A stretch of 64,000 nucleotides of DNA, from positions 96,001 through 160,000 of the forward strand of contig CAWCRS010000007.1 in NCBI GenBank assembly GCA_963798085.1. The letters run 5' to 3'. A model generated the notes under the pieces. That model searched no databases. It was not told the DNA's origin and was given only the letters and a program-made list of their open reading frames with translations. Made by a program: the position numbers and the translations under genes. The DNA comes from an uncultured Gemmatimonadales bacterium. GTDB lineage: Bacteria; Gemmatimonadota; Gemmatimonadetes; Longimicrobiales; RSA9. Within the stretch, counting starts at the first letter, position 1. Each line of letters starts with the position of its first letter. Shown in pieces: positions 41,163 through 49,564 of this stretch.

Positions 41163-44003
41163 TCAGTGCGGCGAGGCGAGCCGCAGCCGGGTGAGGCGCC
41201 GGCGGGCGTCGACCATCGAGACGAGATCGGGCTCGGCATCGCGCCAGCCGTCCAGGAAGCGCTGATAGGCGCGCGCCGCCAGCTCGGCGTCGTTGCGCCG
41301 CTCCTCGATAATACCGAGTTGGTAGGGCGCGATGCGCCAGTAGACGACGACCTCCGAACCAAAGCTCTCGCCACGTGCCAGTTCGTCGTAGAGCGACGCG
41401 GCGCGCTCGAGGTCGCCTGCCGCCGCGAGGCCGTGCGCCAGTGATTCCATCGTGAATCCTGTGTTGTCCGCACGCATGGCGATCTCCAGGTGCGAGACCG
41501 CCTGCTGCGCCTCGCCGTGCGCCACCAGCAGCTCCCCGCGCAGACCCTCGAGCGCCGAGAGGTCCGCAGCGCTGCCCTCGTGAGCGCGTCGCTCCAGCTG
41601 CCCGGCCAGTGCCTCGGCCGGTTTCACGTTGCCGGACCGGGCCAGCGCCTTGCCCAGCCAGAACAGCAGTGTCGGCTCCATGTCCGTGCGCCGGCCCACC
41701 GCGAGCGCGGAGTCCAGCTGCTCGCGCGCCTCTCCTCGCCGGCCACGCTCATCCAGCACGGTTGACAGCAGCATGCGATTGCGGATTTCCGTGACGCCGG
41801 CCTGGTTCAGGCGGGCGAGGAGCACGGCATCCGTGAGGTAGCGCGTCGCCTCCGTATAGTGACCCTGGTAGATGGCCAGGAACGCGAGCGAGCGATCACC
41901 GCGCGCCCGCGACAGCTGATCGCTGTTCAGCAACCGCGTGAACACCGCAGCGGCCGAGTCCGGTTGCCCGAGCAGAACGTACGTGGTGCCGTACTCGAGA
42001 TTGAGATTGTTGTTCGCGGTCTCCAGTGCCGGCATCAGCGCGAAGCCACGGTGGTAATCGCGCAGTGCGTTCTCGAGATTGCCCTGCTGCTTCTCGATCG
42101 CAGCGAGATTGAGCCACGCCGTGTGATCCATGCTGTCGATCGCCAGCACCTGCTGGAACGCGCTGGCGCCATCCGCCGTCTGGCGCATGCGCATGTAGTT
42201 GTAGCCAAGGAAATTCAGCGCATCCAGATCGTCGGGGTGGCCGAGCAGCCAGGAGCGCGCCAGCACCACCGCGCCCTCGCGGTTGCCGCGCCATGCTTCG
42301 ATGCGCGCGCGGATCATCACACGCTCGCGTTCCGGCAATGCATCGAGATGCGCGAGCGCGTGCTCGAAGCAGGCATCGCCATCCTTCTGCTGGTTGATCC
42401 AGAAGTTCAGGCCGCCCAGACCCGCCCAGGCACTGGCAAAGCTGCTGTCCAGCGCGATCGCTCGCTGATAGAGCGCCTTCGCCTCCGAGAGCTGGTTGCG
42501 GTCGAAGGCGCGACCCGCATCGGCAAAATTGTGCAGCGCGTCCAGTGAACGCGTTGTTACCTGGGGCAGCGCGACGGTGTGCGTTACCAGCGACAGCAGG
42601 GGCTCACCGAGATCATGCCGCAGCTTGCGTCCCAGCCGGTCGAGCGCATCGATCACGCCCGCGCGATCCGATGCATTCACCGAGGACAGATGCAGCACCG
42701 CGCCGCTCGCGGGATCCAGCAGGCGGGCCGTGATCTCGAAGCCGCTGTTGGCGCGCTCAATGCCGGGGACCAGCACCAGATTCACGCCTTCGCGCTGCGC
42801 CACCTCGCGCCCCAGCGCCTGGTTCAGCACGCTGTCCGCGCGCGTGCGCCGCATGCGCAGCAGCGCCTGCTGGATGCGGTCCGGCGCCATGATGTTGATG
42901 CGCGTCGACTGCGAGAGCGAAGCGGCCAGCGCCAGCGGCAGCGTGTGATCGAACACGGCGTCGCCGGTGGCGTTCTCCGCGTCCGTGATGAGCAGCCACG
43001 CGCGCGGGCCGCTGTAGTGCGCGGACTGCAGCTGCATGCCCACCGTGACCACGGCGGCAATGGCAAGGAGCGCGAGCGCAGCGAGCAGCGTCTGCCGTAC
43101 CCGGTGTTGCGCCGGTTGCCCGCGCACCGACGGCGGCGCCGCATGCGCAGCGGCGCTGGAAGACGCTGCGGCGCGTTCCGGCTCGAGTGCAGCAGGCGAC
43201 GATGCCGGTACGGTCGACGCCGACGCTTCCGCCGTCGCGGGGACTTCGACTCCCAATGCGGATGCCCTCGCGGCATCCGCCGGTGGCGGCGAGGCGACCA
43301 GCTTCGTCAGTGATGCGACGAAGCCGGCAATGGCAGCATCAGGTGGACCGCCCAGCTCATCGCGCACCATGGTCTCGTGGATGCGCGCGTGCCGCAGGGC
43401 GCCCGCCGGATCACCCGCCGCCGCCAGCGCCTGCATCAGCCCGAGCGCCAGTCGCGAATCCCAGGGCGAAAGAGCGGCCAGACGACGCCACGCGTGCACG
43501 GCGAGAGAAGCGTCGCCTGCATCCGTGGCTTTCTTCGCGAGCGTCTCGAGCGCCCGCTGCGCGCGCTGCGCCATCAGGGCCCGCTGTTCTTCCACCCAGC
43601 GCTCGAACTCCGCGCAACCCGTGAGGAAGAAGCCGTCGAGGAAGGGGCCCGTGTACAGATCCGCCGCACGCGCATGATCGCCGCGCTCGAGCGCGGCATC
43701 GAATTCCGCGATGTCGCTGGACAGGACCGAGCTGTCGAGGCGCAACGCCGTGGCGCTGCCAGCCACCACCTCCGCACCCAGCTCACGGCGCAACCCGTAG
43801 AGCAGCTGCGAGAGTGCGTGACGCGCGCGCTCTTCGTCGCTCTCCGGCCAGAGCAGCGCAACAATGCGGTCGCGGCTGATGCCACCGCCACTGGCGGCGA
43901 GCAGGGCGAGAACCGCCAGACGCCGCCGCTGCGTCGCGGCGCCGGTCAGCGGTCCGTCGGGCCCTTCGATCAGAGCACCGCCCAGAGTTCGCAATCTGAA
44001 CAT
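41163..44003 (-). CDS. SARP/BTAD transcriptional regulator with TM helix, TolB-N/FlgO-like domain and TPR repeats
   Basis: MFRLRTLGG, RDRIVALLWPESDEERARHALSQ and LYTGPFLDGF..EFERW; central TM; TPR C-terminus. Confidence 0.88.
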   Translation of the reverse strand: MFRLRTLGGALIEGPDGPLTGAATQRRRLAVLALLAASGGGISRDRIVALLWPESDEERARHALSQLLYGLRRELGAEVVAGSATALRLDSSVLSSDIAEFDAALERGDHARAADLYTGPFLDGFFLTGCAEFERWVEEQRALMAQRAQRALETLAKKATDAGDASLAVHAWRRLAALSPWDSRLALGLMQALAAAGDPAGALRHARIHETMVRDELGGPPDAAIAGFVASLTKLVASPPPADAARASALGVEVPATAEASASTVPASSPAALEPERAAASSSAAAHAAPPSVRGQPAQHRVRQTLLAALALLAIAAVVTVGMQLQSAHYSGPRAWLLITDAENATGDAVFDHTLPLALAASLSQSTRINIMAPDRIQQALLRMRRTRADSVLNQALGREVAQREGVNLVLVPGIERANSGFEITARLLDPASGAVLHLSSVNASDRAGVIDALDRLGRKLRHDLGEPLLSLVTHTVALPQVTTRSLDALHNFADAGRAFDRNQLSEAKALYQRAIALDSSFASAWAGLGGLNFWINQQKDGDACFEHALAHLDALPERERVMIRARIEAWRGNREGAVVLARSWLLGHPDDLDALNFLGYNYMRMRQTADGASAFQQVLAIDSMDHTAWLNLAAIEKQQGNLENALRDYHRGFALMPALETANNNLNLEYGTTYVLLGQPDSAAAVFTRLLNSDQLSRARGDRSLAFLAIYQGHYTEATRYLTDAVLLARLNQAGVTEIRNRMLLSTVLDERGRRGEAREQLDSALAVGRRTDMEPTLLFWLGKALARSGNVKPAEALAGQLERRAHEGSAADLSALEGLRGELLVAHGEAQQAVSHLEIAMRADNTGFTMESLAHGLAAAGDLERAASLYDELARGESFGSEVVVYWRIAPYQLGIIEERRNDAELAARAYQRFLDGWRDAEPDLVSMVDARRRLTRLRLASPH

Positions 44004-44119
44004 CGGACGGCAGCCAGATGATGAGTTTGTGATACCGGGGTGACCTGCCCGGCTAACGTAGACCTCGCCCATGCGGCCCGCAAGCACGCGGCAGCGCCTT
44101 CGATAACCTCCGGTTGGTC

Positions 44120-45418
44120 GTGAACAGAATCGCCGTGGTCCACATCACCCTGCTGCTCTCGCTCACCGCCTGCGCCGCCGACGCGGCGAGGGATACCGCC
44201 AGCGCATCCGAGGGGGCGACGATCACTTCGCTCGCAGGAACGCGCTGGTCGTCGGTGAGCAGCGGCGAGCGCGACCTGTGCGCACTCACCGCCGAGGGTC
44301 GCGCCTGGTGCTGGAACGCGCAGAGCGGCGCGCCCCGCGCCGTCCCCGGCGATCACGTCTTCACCGCCATCAGCGTGGGTTCGCCGCGGAGCTGCGCCGT
44401 CCCCTCCCAGGCCACCTGCGGCGGCGACGAGAAGGTACACGTCTGCGCGCTCGAGCAGGACGGTGCCGCCTGGTGCTGGGGGGCCAATCAGTGGGGACAG
44501 CTGGGCGACGGCGACAGCACCGGGCACGACGAGCCGGTTCCCGTCAGCGGTGGCATCCGCTTCCGCTCCGTGGTCGCGGGCAGCGGCTTCACCTGCGGCG
44601 TCGCCACCGACGCAACGGCCTATTGCTGGGGCTACGACGGAAAGGGGGACCTGGGTACCGAGCGCGCTGGCATCGGACCCAACCCCATACCCCTTCCCGT
44701 TGCCCACAATGTGCGGGCGATTGCCGCCGGCGTCGACTTCGCCTGCGCACTCGACGGCGAGGGCAAGCCCTTCTGCTGGGGCGACGACTACCGGGCTCGC
44801 CTGGGCAGTGACGCCGCCGCCACCAGCGCGAGCGGCCGACCCGTGCCGGTGAACGGCACGTACCGCTTCGCGTCGCTGTCCGCGGGTCGCGCCCATGTCT
44901 GCGGCCTGACCAATGCGGGCAGCGCATTGTGCTGGGGCAGCAACTCGGACGGCGAGCTGGGCGGCAACGCGCAATCGCTCGAGTCCCGCGACCCGCTGGC
45001 CGTCCAGGCGCCCGCCTTCAGCACCATCAGCGCCGGCCTCGCCTTCCACACCTGCGGCATCGCGCAGAACGGCCAGGCCTGGTGCTGGGGCCGCGACAAC
45101 TCCGGCCAGCTGGGCGCCGGCGATGCACCCCACTCGACCTGCTATACCGATCCGTGCCGGCCCACACCCGCGCCCGTTTCCGGTAACACGAGATTTCGCT
45201 CGCTCAGTGCAGGCGCTGAATACACCTGCGGCGTCAGCGAACCCGGTGAGCTGTTGTGCTGGGGCCGCGCACCCATGCGTCGCTTTTATGCTCGCCCTGC
45301 GCGCACACCAGCGCGCGTGCTGACGGCCGGATCGCGGCCCGGCCCGACCGGCGGGCTGCGCACCGCATACGGCGGGGCGCAACTGGCCGGACCCGAACCC
45401 CTGCGGAGGATCCCATGA
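44120..45418 (+). CDS. RCC1/BLIP-II repeat lipoprotein
   Basis: Lipobox LTAC; repeated HxCGL..G.AWCWG.N..GQLG units. Confidence 0.88.
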   Translation: MNRIAVVHITLLLSLTACAADAARDTASASEGATITSLAGTRWSSVSSGERDLCALTAEGRAWCWNAQSGAPRAVPGDHVFTAISVGSPRSCAVPSQATCGGDEKVHVCALEQDGAAWCWGANQWGQLGDGDSTGHDEPVPVSGGIRFRSVVAGSGFTCGVATDATAYCWGYDGKGDLGTERAGIGPNPIPLPVAHNVRAIAAGVDFACALDGEGKPFCWGDDYRARLGSDAAATSASGRPVPVNGTYRFASLSAGRAHVCGLTNAGSALCWGSNSDGELGGNAQSLESRDPLAVQAPAFSTISAGLAFHTCGIAQNGQAWCWGRDNSGQLGAGDAPHSTCYTDPCRPTPAPVSGNTRFRSLSAGAEYTCGVSEPGELLCWGRAPMRRFYARPARTPARVLTAGSRPGPTGGLRTAYGGAQLAGPEPLRRIP

Positions 45419-45996
45419 GCAAACGAGCCCTGCTGTGCGCGGCCACTCTCCTGCTCGGGTGCGCGCTGCGGCCGCACACGGGCAACGCGCAGGAACGCCC
45501 GCACCTGCTGCGCATCGGCTTCGGTGGCGGACTCAGCGTGCCCACGAGTCACGCGGCCGACGCGCTCAAGAGCGGCGTGAACGGGCAGGCCTACGTGCTG
45601 CTCAATCCCGGCATCCCGCTGCGCTTCAACGTCGGTTACCAGAAATTCAACTTCAAGGACGCTCTCCTCGCCGGCGCCGGCGAAAACGGCAGCAGCCAGA
45701 TCCTGAGTGGCGTTGCCGGCCTCAGCATCAACCTCCTCCAGCTCGGTCCCATTCGCCCGTACATCACCGCCGGCGCCGGCGCTTTCAGTCTCAAGGACGA
45801 GTTCACGGCTGGCGGCACCAGCACGTCCACTACTAACACAAAGTTCGGCATTGATGGCGGTGGCGGCATTGCTCTCAGGCTGGGCCGTCTCGAGGCCTTC
45901 GTCGAAGGACGCGTGCAGAACGTGTACACGGACCAGGGCGTGATCGACACGAAGAGCATCCGCGCCGTACCCGTGACCTTCGGCATTCTGTTCTAG
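45415..45996 (+). CDS. Outer-membrane beta-barrel protein
   Basis: Signal peptide; IRPYITAGAG and KFGIDGGGG; C-terminal PVTFGILF beta-signal. Confidence 0.75.
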   Translation: MSKRALLCAATLLLGCALRPHTGNAQERPHLLRIGFGGGLSVPTSHAADALKSGVNGQAYVLLNPGIPLRFNVGYQKFNFKDALLAGAGENGSSQILSGVAGLSINLLQLGPIRPYITAGAGAFSLKDEFTAGGTSTSTTNTKFGIDGGGGIALRLGRLEAFVEGRVQNVYTDQGVIDTKSIRAVPVTFGILF

Positions 45997-46132
45997 CAGT
46001 GCAGGCGACGACGGCGGCGAGTCCGGCGCCGTCCGTCCGTACCATGTCAGCGAAGCCGGACAGCGGATTGCTTGTCGGGGGTGGTGGCGCGCGTTAAGGT
46101 GGACGGGACCCCTTCTCGCGCAGGAGCATACC

Positions 46133-47413
46133 GTGGCCGCCACCCCCGCAATCCCGAGGTCAGCCGCACGCTCCAAGTCACGCCCACTCTCGAAGCCAGC
46201 CGCACGCCGGCAGCCAGGCGGACGTTCGAAGTCAGCCGCACGCTCGAAGTCAGCGGTACTCTCGAAGTCAGCCGCTCGCTCGAAGGCAGCGGCGCGCCGG
46301 CAGCCAGGCGCAGTACCTCCACGCGCGGCCCGCACCGCGTGCGCGAACCGCCAGTCACCCGAGGCACACCGGGACCGCGCTGCGTTCTGCCTGTCCCGAT
46401 TTCGCGCTCTCCTGTCTGCAGTCCTGCTTTGCGTGTTGAGCGCGCACGCAGTCATGGCCCAGGGCAACTCACAGTTCACGGTGCGCGGCCACGTGATCGA
46501 CCGCGGCCAGCAGACGGGCATCGCCCAGGCCACCGTGCGCCTGGGTGATAACCCGTCTGTCATCACGGGAGCCGATGGCAGCTTCATCATCCCGGGCGTA
46601 CACCCGGGCCCCTTCTCGCTCACGGTGGAAGCCCTCGGCTACCACACCGTGTACACGACCATGCGCGTGAGCGACGACATCAGCATCACCATCCGCATGG
46701 ATCCCGAGCCCATTCCCATCCAGGGCCTGAACGTGCAGCCTTCCCTGTTCAAGCTGCGCGGCCACGTGCTGGAAACCGGCGCGAACCGGGGCGCGTCCTA
46801 CCTCAAGGTGCGTCTGCCGAATGGCACGGAGACACTGACACGTGATGATGGCAGCTTCACCCTGGGCGGGCTGGCGCGCGGCACGCACCAGCTGGCAGTG
46901 GAAGGCTTCGGCTGGCTGCCGCTGCACGTGGAGGTGGACATGGAGTCCGACACCAGCATCGAGCTGCACGCGCAGCGCGATCCCATCACGGAGATCGTCA
47001 TACAGCAGCAGGTCGCGAAACTCTCCTCACGCATACGTTCGGAAGCGAAACCGCTGCGCGTGGTCGAGCGCGATGCGTTCCTCGACTCGCGCGCAGCCAC
47101 GCCCATCAATGTGCTCGTGGAGCGCGCCGGCGTCCGCGTGGTGGTCTGCCCGGGGAACCACCTGCCGTATTGCATCATGGGACATTCGGGCGGCATCGCC
47201 GAGCCCATGATCTACATTGACGACCGCGTGATTCCCTGCGGCGCAGCGGTGCTGGCTGGATACCCGAATGGCGCGATCGAGCGCATCGAGGTGCTGGACC
47301 ACGGGAGCATCATTCGAGCCTATACGCGCTGGTTCATCGAAGACATGGCCGCCGGCCGCGAAGTAGCGCAGCCGATCCCGCCCTACGACCACGCGTTCAA
47401 GTGCACGACATGA
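46133..47413 (+). CDS. Secreted protein with two carboxypeptidase-regulatory-like domains and a plug-like C-terminus (true start uncertain, probably about 46340-46390)
   Basis: Signal peptide ...SAHAVMAQ; VRGHVIDR..GIAQATV, TGADGSF, VEALGY, a second similar domain, and IYIDD...IERIEV. Confidence 0.75.
   Translation: MAATPAIPRSAARSKSRPLSKPAARRQPGGRSKSAARSKSAVLSKSAARSKAAARRQPGAVPPRAARTACANRQSPEAHRDRAAFCLSRFRALLSAVLLCVLSAHAVMAQGNSQFTVRGHVIDRGQQTGIAQATVRLGDNPSVITGADGSFIIPGVHPGPFSLTVEALGYHTVYTTMRVSDDISITIRMDPEPIPIQGLNVQPSLFKLRGHVLETGANRGASYLKVRLPNGTETLTRDDGSFTLGGLARGTHQLAVEGFGWLPLHVEVDMESDTSIELHAQRDPITEIVIQQQVAKLSSRIRSEAKPLRVVERDAFLDSRAATPINVLVERAGVRVVVCPGNHLPYCIMGHSGGIAEPMIYIDDRVIPCGAAVLAGYPNGAIERIEVLDHGSIIRAYTRWFIEDMAAGREVAQPIPPYDHAFKCTT
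46153..46314 (+). repeat. 9 x 18-bp tandem repeat (consensus CTCGAAGTCAGCCGCACG)
   Basis: Units start every 18 bp from 46153 to 46297 with no indels. Confidence 0.9.
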
Positions 47414-47766
47414 GAATCTGGGATCTCGAGCCCGCATTGCTGTGTCGCTCGCATCTGCTGGGCGAGCATCGCGAGCTGCACGGTCTCTGGAACATCCTCA
47501 CGCAGAACAAGTCCGGCTACAGGAAGCATCCGGAAACGCGCCGCTGGGAAGGCAAGCTGGCCGCGCTGCACGCGCGCCATGAGGCACTGGTGCGCGAAAT
47601 GACGCGTCGCGGCTACCAGCATCGCTCCCCACTGGATCGCCGTCTCGCCAGGGGACGGCGCGTGCAGAACGACTACGTCGACACACCGTCGCGCCAGCGC
47701 GCGCTGCTCCGCGCCAAACCCTGCGATTGCCTGCTGCGCAAACCGCGCCTCGCCCGCGCCCGCTGA
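47410..47766 (+). CDS. Pyrimidine-dimer DNA glycosylase/endonuclease V (T4 DenV-like) family protein
   Basis: MRIWD..PALLCRSHLLGEHRELHGLW...GYRKHPETRRW...RHEALVREMTRRGYQHRSP. Confidence 0.85.
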   Translation: MRIWDLEPALLCRSHLLGEHRELHGLWNILTQNKSGYRKHPETRRWEGKLAALHARHEALVREMTRRGYQHRSPLDRRLARGRRVQNDYVDTPSRQRALLRAKPCDCLLRKPRLARAR

Positions 47767-48102
47767 GCGACCGGGCTTGACGGCCCCCCGTCCGGGGCCG
47801 CCGGGCGGAACATGGCAGCATGGCCGTAACGGGATCGAAGGCGACGTCTCCTGTCCGCGTTCGTGACGCAATAGCCTGCGCGAATGCCGCCAGCTGTGCC
47901 GGCTGCACGCCAGCGGCCCCGGGTCAATCGTTCGCGCGCGGCCACTGATCATGCGGCGAAGCATGGGGCACCATGGAGACCTGGCGAGGCGCGGCCTGTA
48001 CGCAAACCACCGACGCAGCGTCGAGTCCTGCCCCATGGACGCACGCGGCGAAGCGGCCCAGATTGGCGACGAACCGGCCGGCCCAACCTGCGCGGAGGCG
48101 CC

Positions 48103-48585
48103 ATGTCGTCGAGACGTTCCACCATCAGCCAGGGCCTCATCGCCGGCCTGATCGGCTATTTCGTCTTCGTGCTCTTCTTCGCGATCCTCAACCTGAGCAC
48201 AGGCCGATCCATGCTGTTCACGCCCAACGCCCTCGGTAACGCGCTGTTTCGTCTGGGGGAGGCCCCCGGCATCACGAGTCCCGAGGCCGTCATGGCGTGG
48301 AACGGCGTGCACCTCGTTGCTTCCCTCACCATCGGGCTCATCGGCAGCCTACTCATCGTGGGCGTGGACCGCCATCCCGCGCTCTGGTACGTCGTGATGT
48401 TCCTCTTCATCGCGGGGCTCCTCTACAGCGTGGCCGTGGGTGGCGTAGTAGCACGCGAAATCGCTGGCGCTGTCACCTGGGGCCAGGTGGTAGCCGTGAA
48501 CGTGCTGGCCGCGTTCTTCTCCGGCCTCTACCTCTGGCGGGCGCACCCCACCATCCGGCAGCGAGTCCAGCGTCTGACCGACTGA
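48103..48585 (+). CDS. Four-TM membrane protein
   Basis: SD GGAGG; GLIAGLIG...TPNALG...HLV...YLWRAHP. Confidence 0.75.
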   Translation: MSSRRSTISQGLIAGLIGYFVFVLFFAILNLSTGRSMLFTPNALGNALFRLGEAPGITSPEAVMAWNGVHLVASLTIGLIGSLLIVGVDRHPALWYVVMFLFIAGLLYSVAVGGVVAREIAGAVTWGQVVAVNVLAAFFSGLYLWRAHPTIRQRVQRLTD

Positions 48586-48640
48586 GTACAACGAACACAG
48601 TCCGGGCATCGCGGGTCGCAGATCTTCCCGCGACGAACCG

Positions 48641-49060
48641 GGCGTTCTGGTTTCCGGACGTCTGCCGTTCTGGTTTGCGGACCACCTTGGCGTTCAGGTT
48701 TCCGGACCGTCCTGCGTTCAGGTTTCCGGACCGTCTTGGCATTCTTGGGTTGTGCGCCAGTGGGCCATGCCAGTGTCCCGGCATGCAATGAAACATCTGT
48801 TTGCATGCACGACTGGGTCGCGGGCATGGTGGCGCCGGCCGGAAGGCAAGAACGCCAAGACGGTCCGAATTGCTGGTGTCCTGGACCCCCATGGCGCCTT
48901 GGGTTCTGCAGATTCTTCTCGGACCGTCTTGGCATTCTTGGGTTGTGCGCCAGTGGGCCATGCCAGTGTCCCGGCAAGCAATGAAACATCTGTTTGCATG
49001 CATGACTGGGTCGCGGGCATGGTGGCGCCGGCCGGAAGGCAAGAACGCCAAGACGGTCCG
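48641..49060. repeat. Repeat cluster: about four tandem 23-25-bp units followed by two 141-bp hairpin elements (48727-48867, 48920-49060)
   Basis: Each 141-bp unit is bounded by CGGACCGTCTTGGCATTCTTG / CAAGAACGCCAAGACGGTCCG; the two copies differ at 2 positions. Confidence 0.92.
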
Positions 49061-49085
49061 AATATCCTTGAATGATGTCACTGTC

Positions 49086-49099
49086 GCGAATATATTCGC
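49086..49099. promoter_or_regulatory. Perfect palindrome GCGAATATATTCGC, candidate PadR operator
   Basis: AT-rich 14-bp palindrome about 70 bp upstream of PadR. Confidence 0.5.
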
Positions 49100-49169
49100 C
49101 AGAAATACATTAGCCTGCCGCCAGCATCCGGCGACATGGTGCAAGAAACACACAACGGCGGGAAACGCA

Positions 49170-49564
49170 ATGCGTGGACGAAGGGCGCTGGAGAGCGGGC
49201 CGGTCACGCCGCTGGCGTATCAATGCTGCTCGCGCTGGCCGGCAGTGAGCTGCATGGCTACGGCATCATCAAGGACATCGAGGAGCGCAGCGGTGCCGGG
49301 GCGGTGCCCAGCACCGGCGCGCTGTACCTGGCACTGCAGCGCCTGCAGGAGGCGGGGCTGGTGGAGGAATCGGGCTCGCGCCCCTCGCTGGAGGCGGATG
49401 ATGCGCGCCGCCGCTATTACCGGCTCACGCCCGAGGGTCGTGCCGCGGCGGTGGATGAGTCCGCGCGGCTGGCAGTGCTGGTTGGCGTGGCGCACGAGCG
49501 CCGGCTCATCAGCACGCGTGCACTGGCGAAGCTGCTGCCCACAGGAGGCGCGCATGGACGCTGA
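49170..49564 (+). CDS. PadR family transcriptional regulator (probable frameshift near 49222)
   Basis: PVTPLAYQ / LLALAGSELHGYGIIKDIEERS...GALYLALQRL...RRRYYRLTPEGR. Confidence 0.88.

Noticed and set aside
48727..49060. attC sites or CRISPR repeats
   Set aside because: No RYYYAAC/GTTRRRY ends, no cassette ORF between the copies, and the unit is too long for a CRISPR repeat.
48801..49553. N-terminal 250-aa extension of the ADOP permease ORF
   Set aside because: It runs through the repeat cluster and the PadR gene; the real start is ATG 49554 with SD GGAGG.
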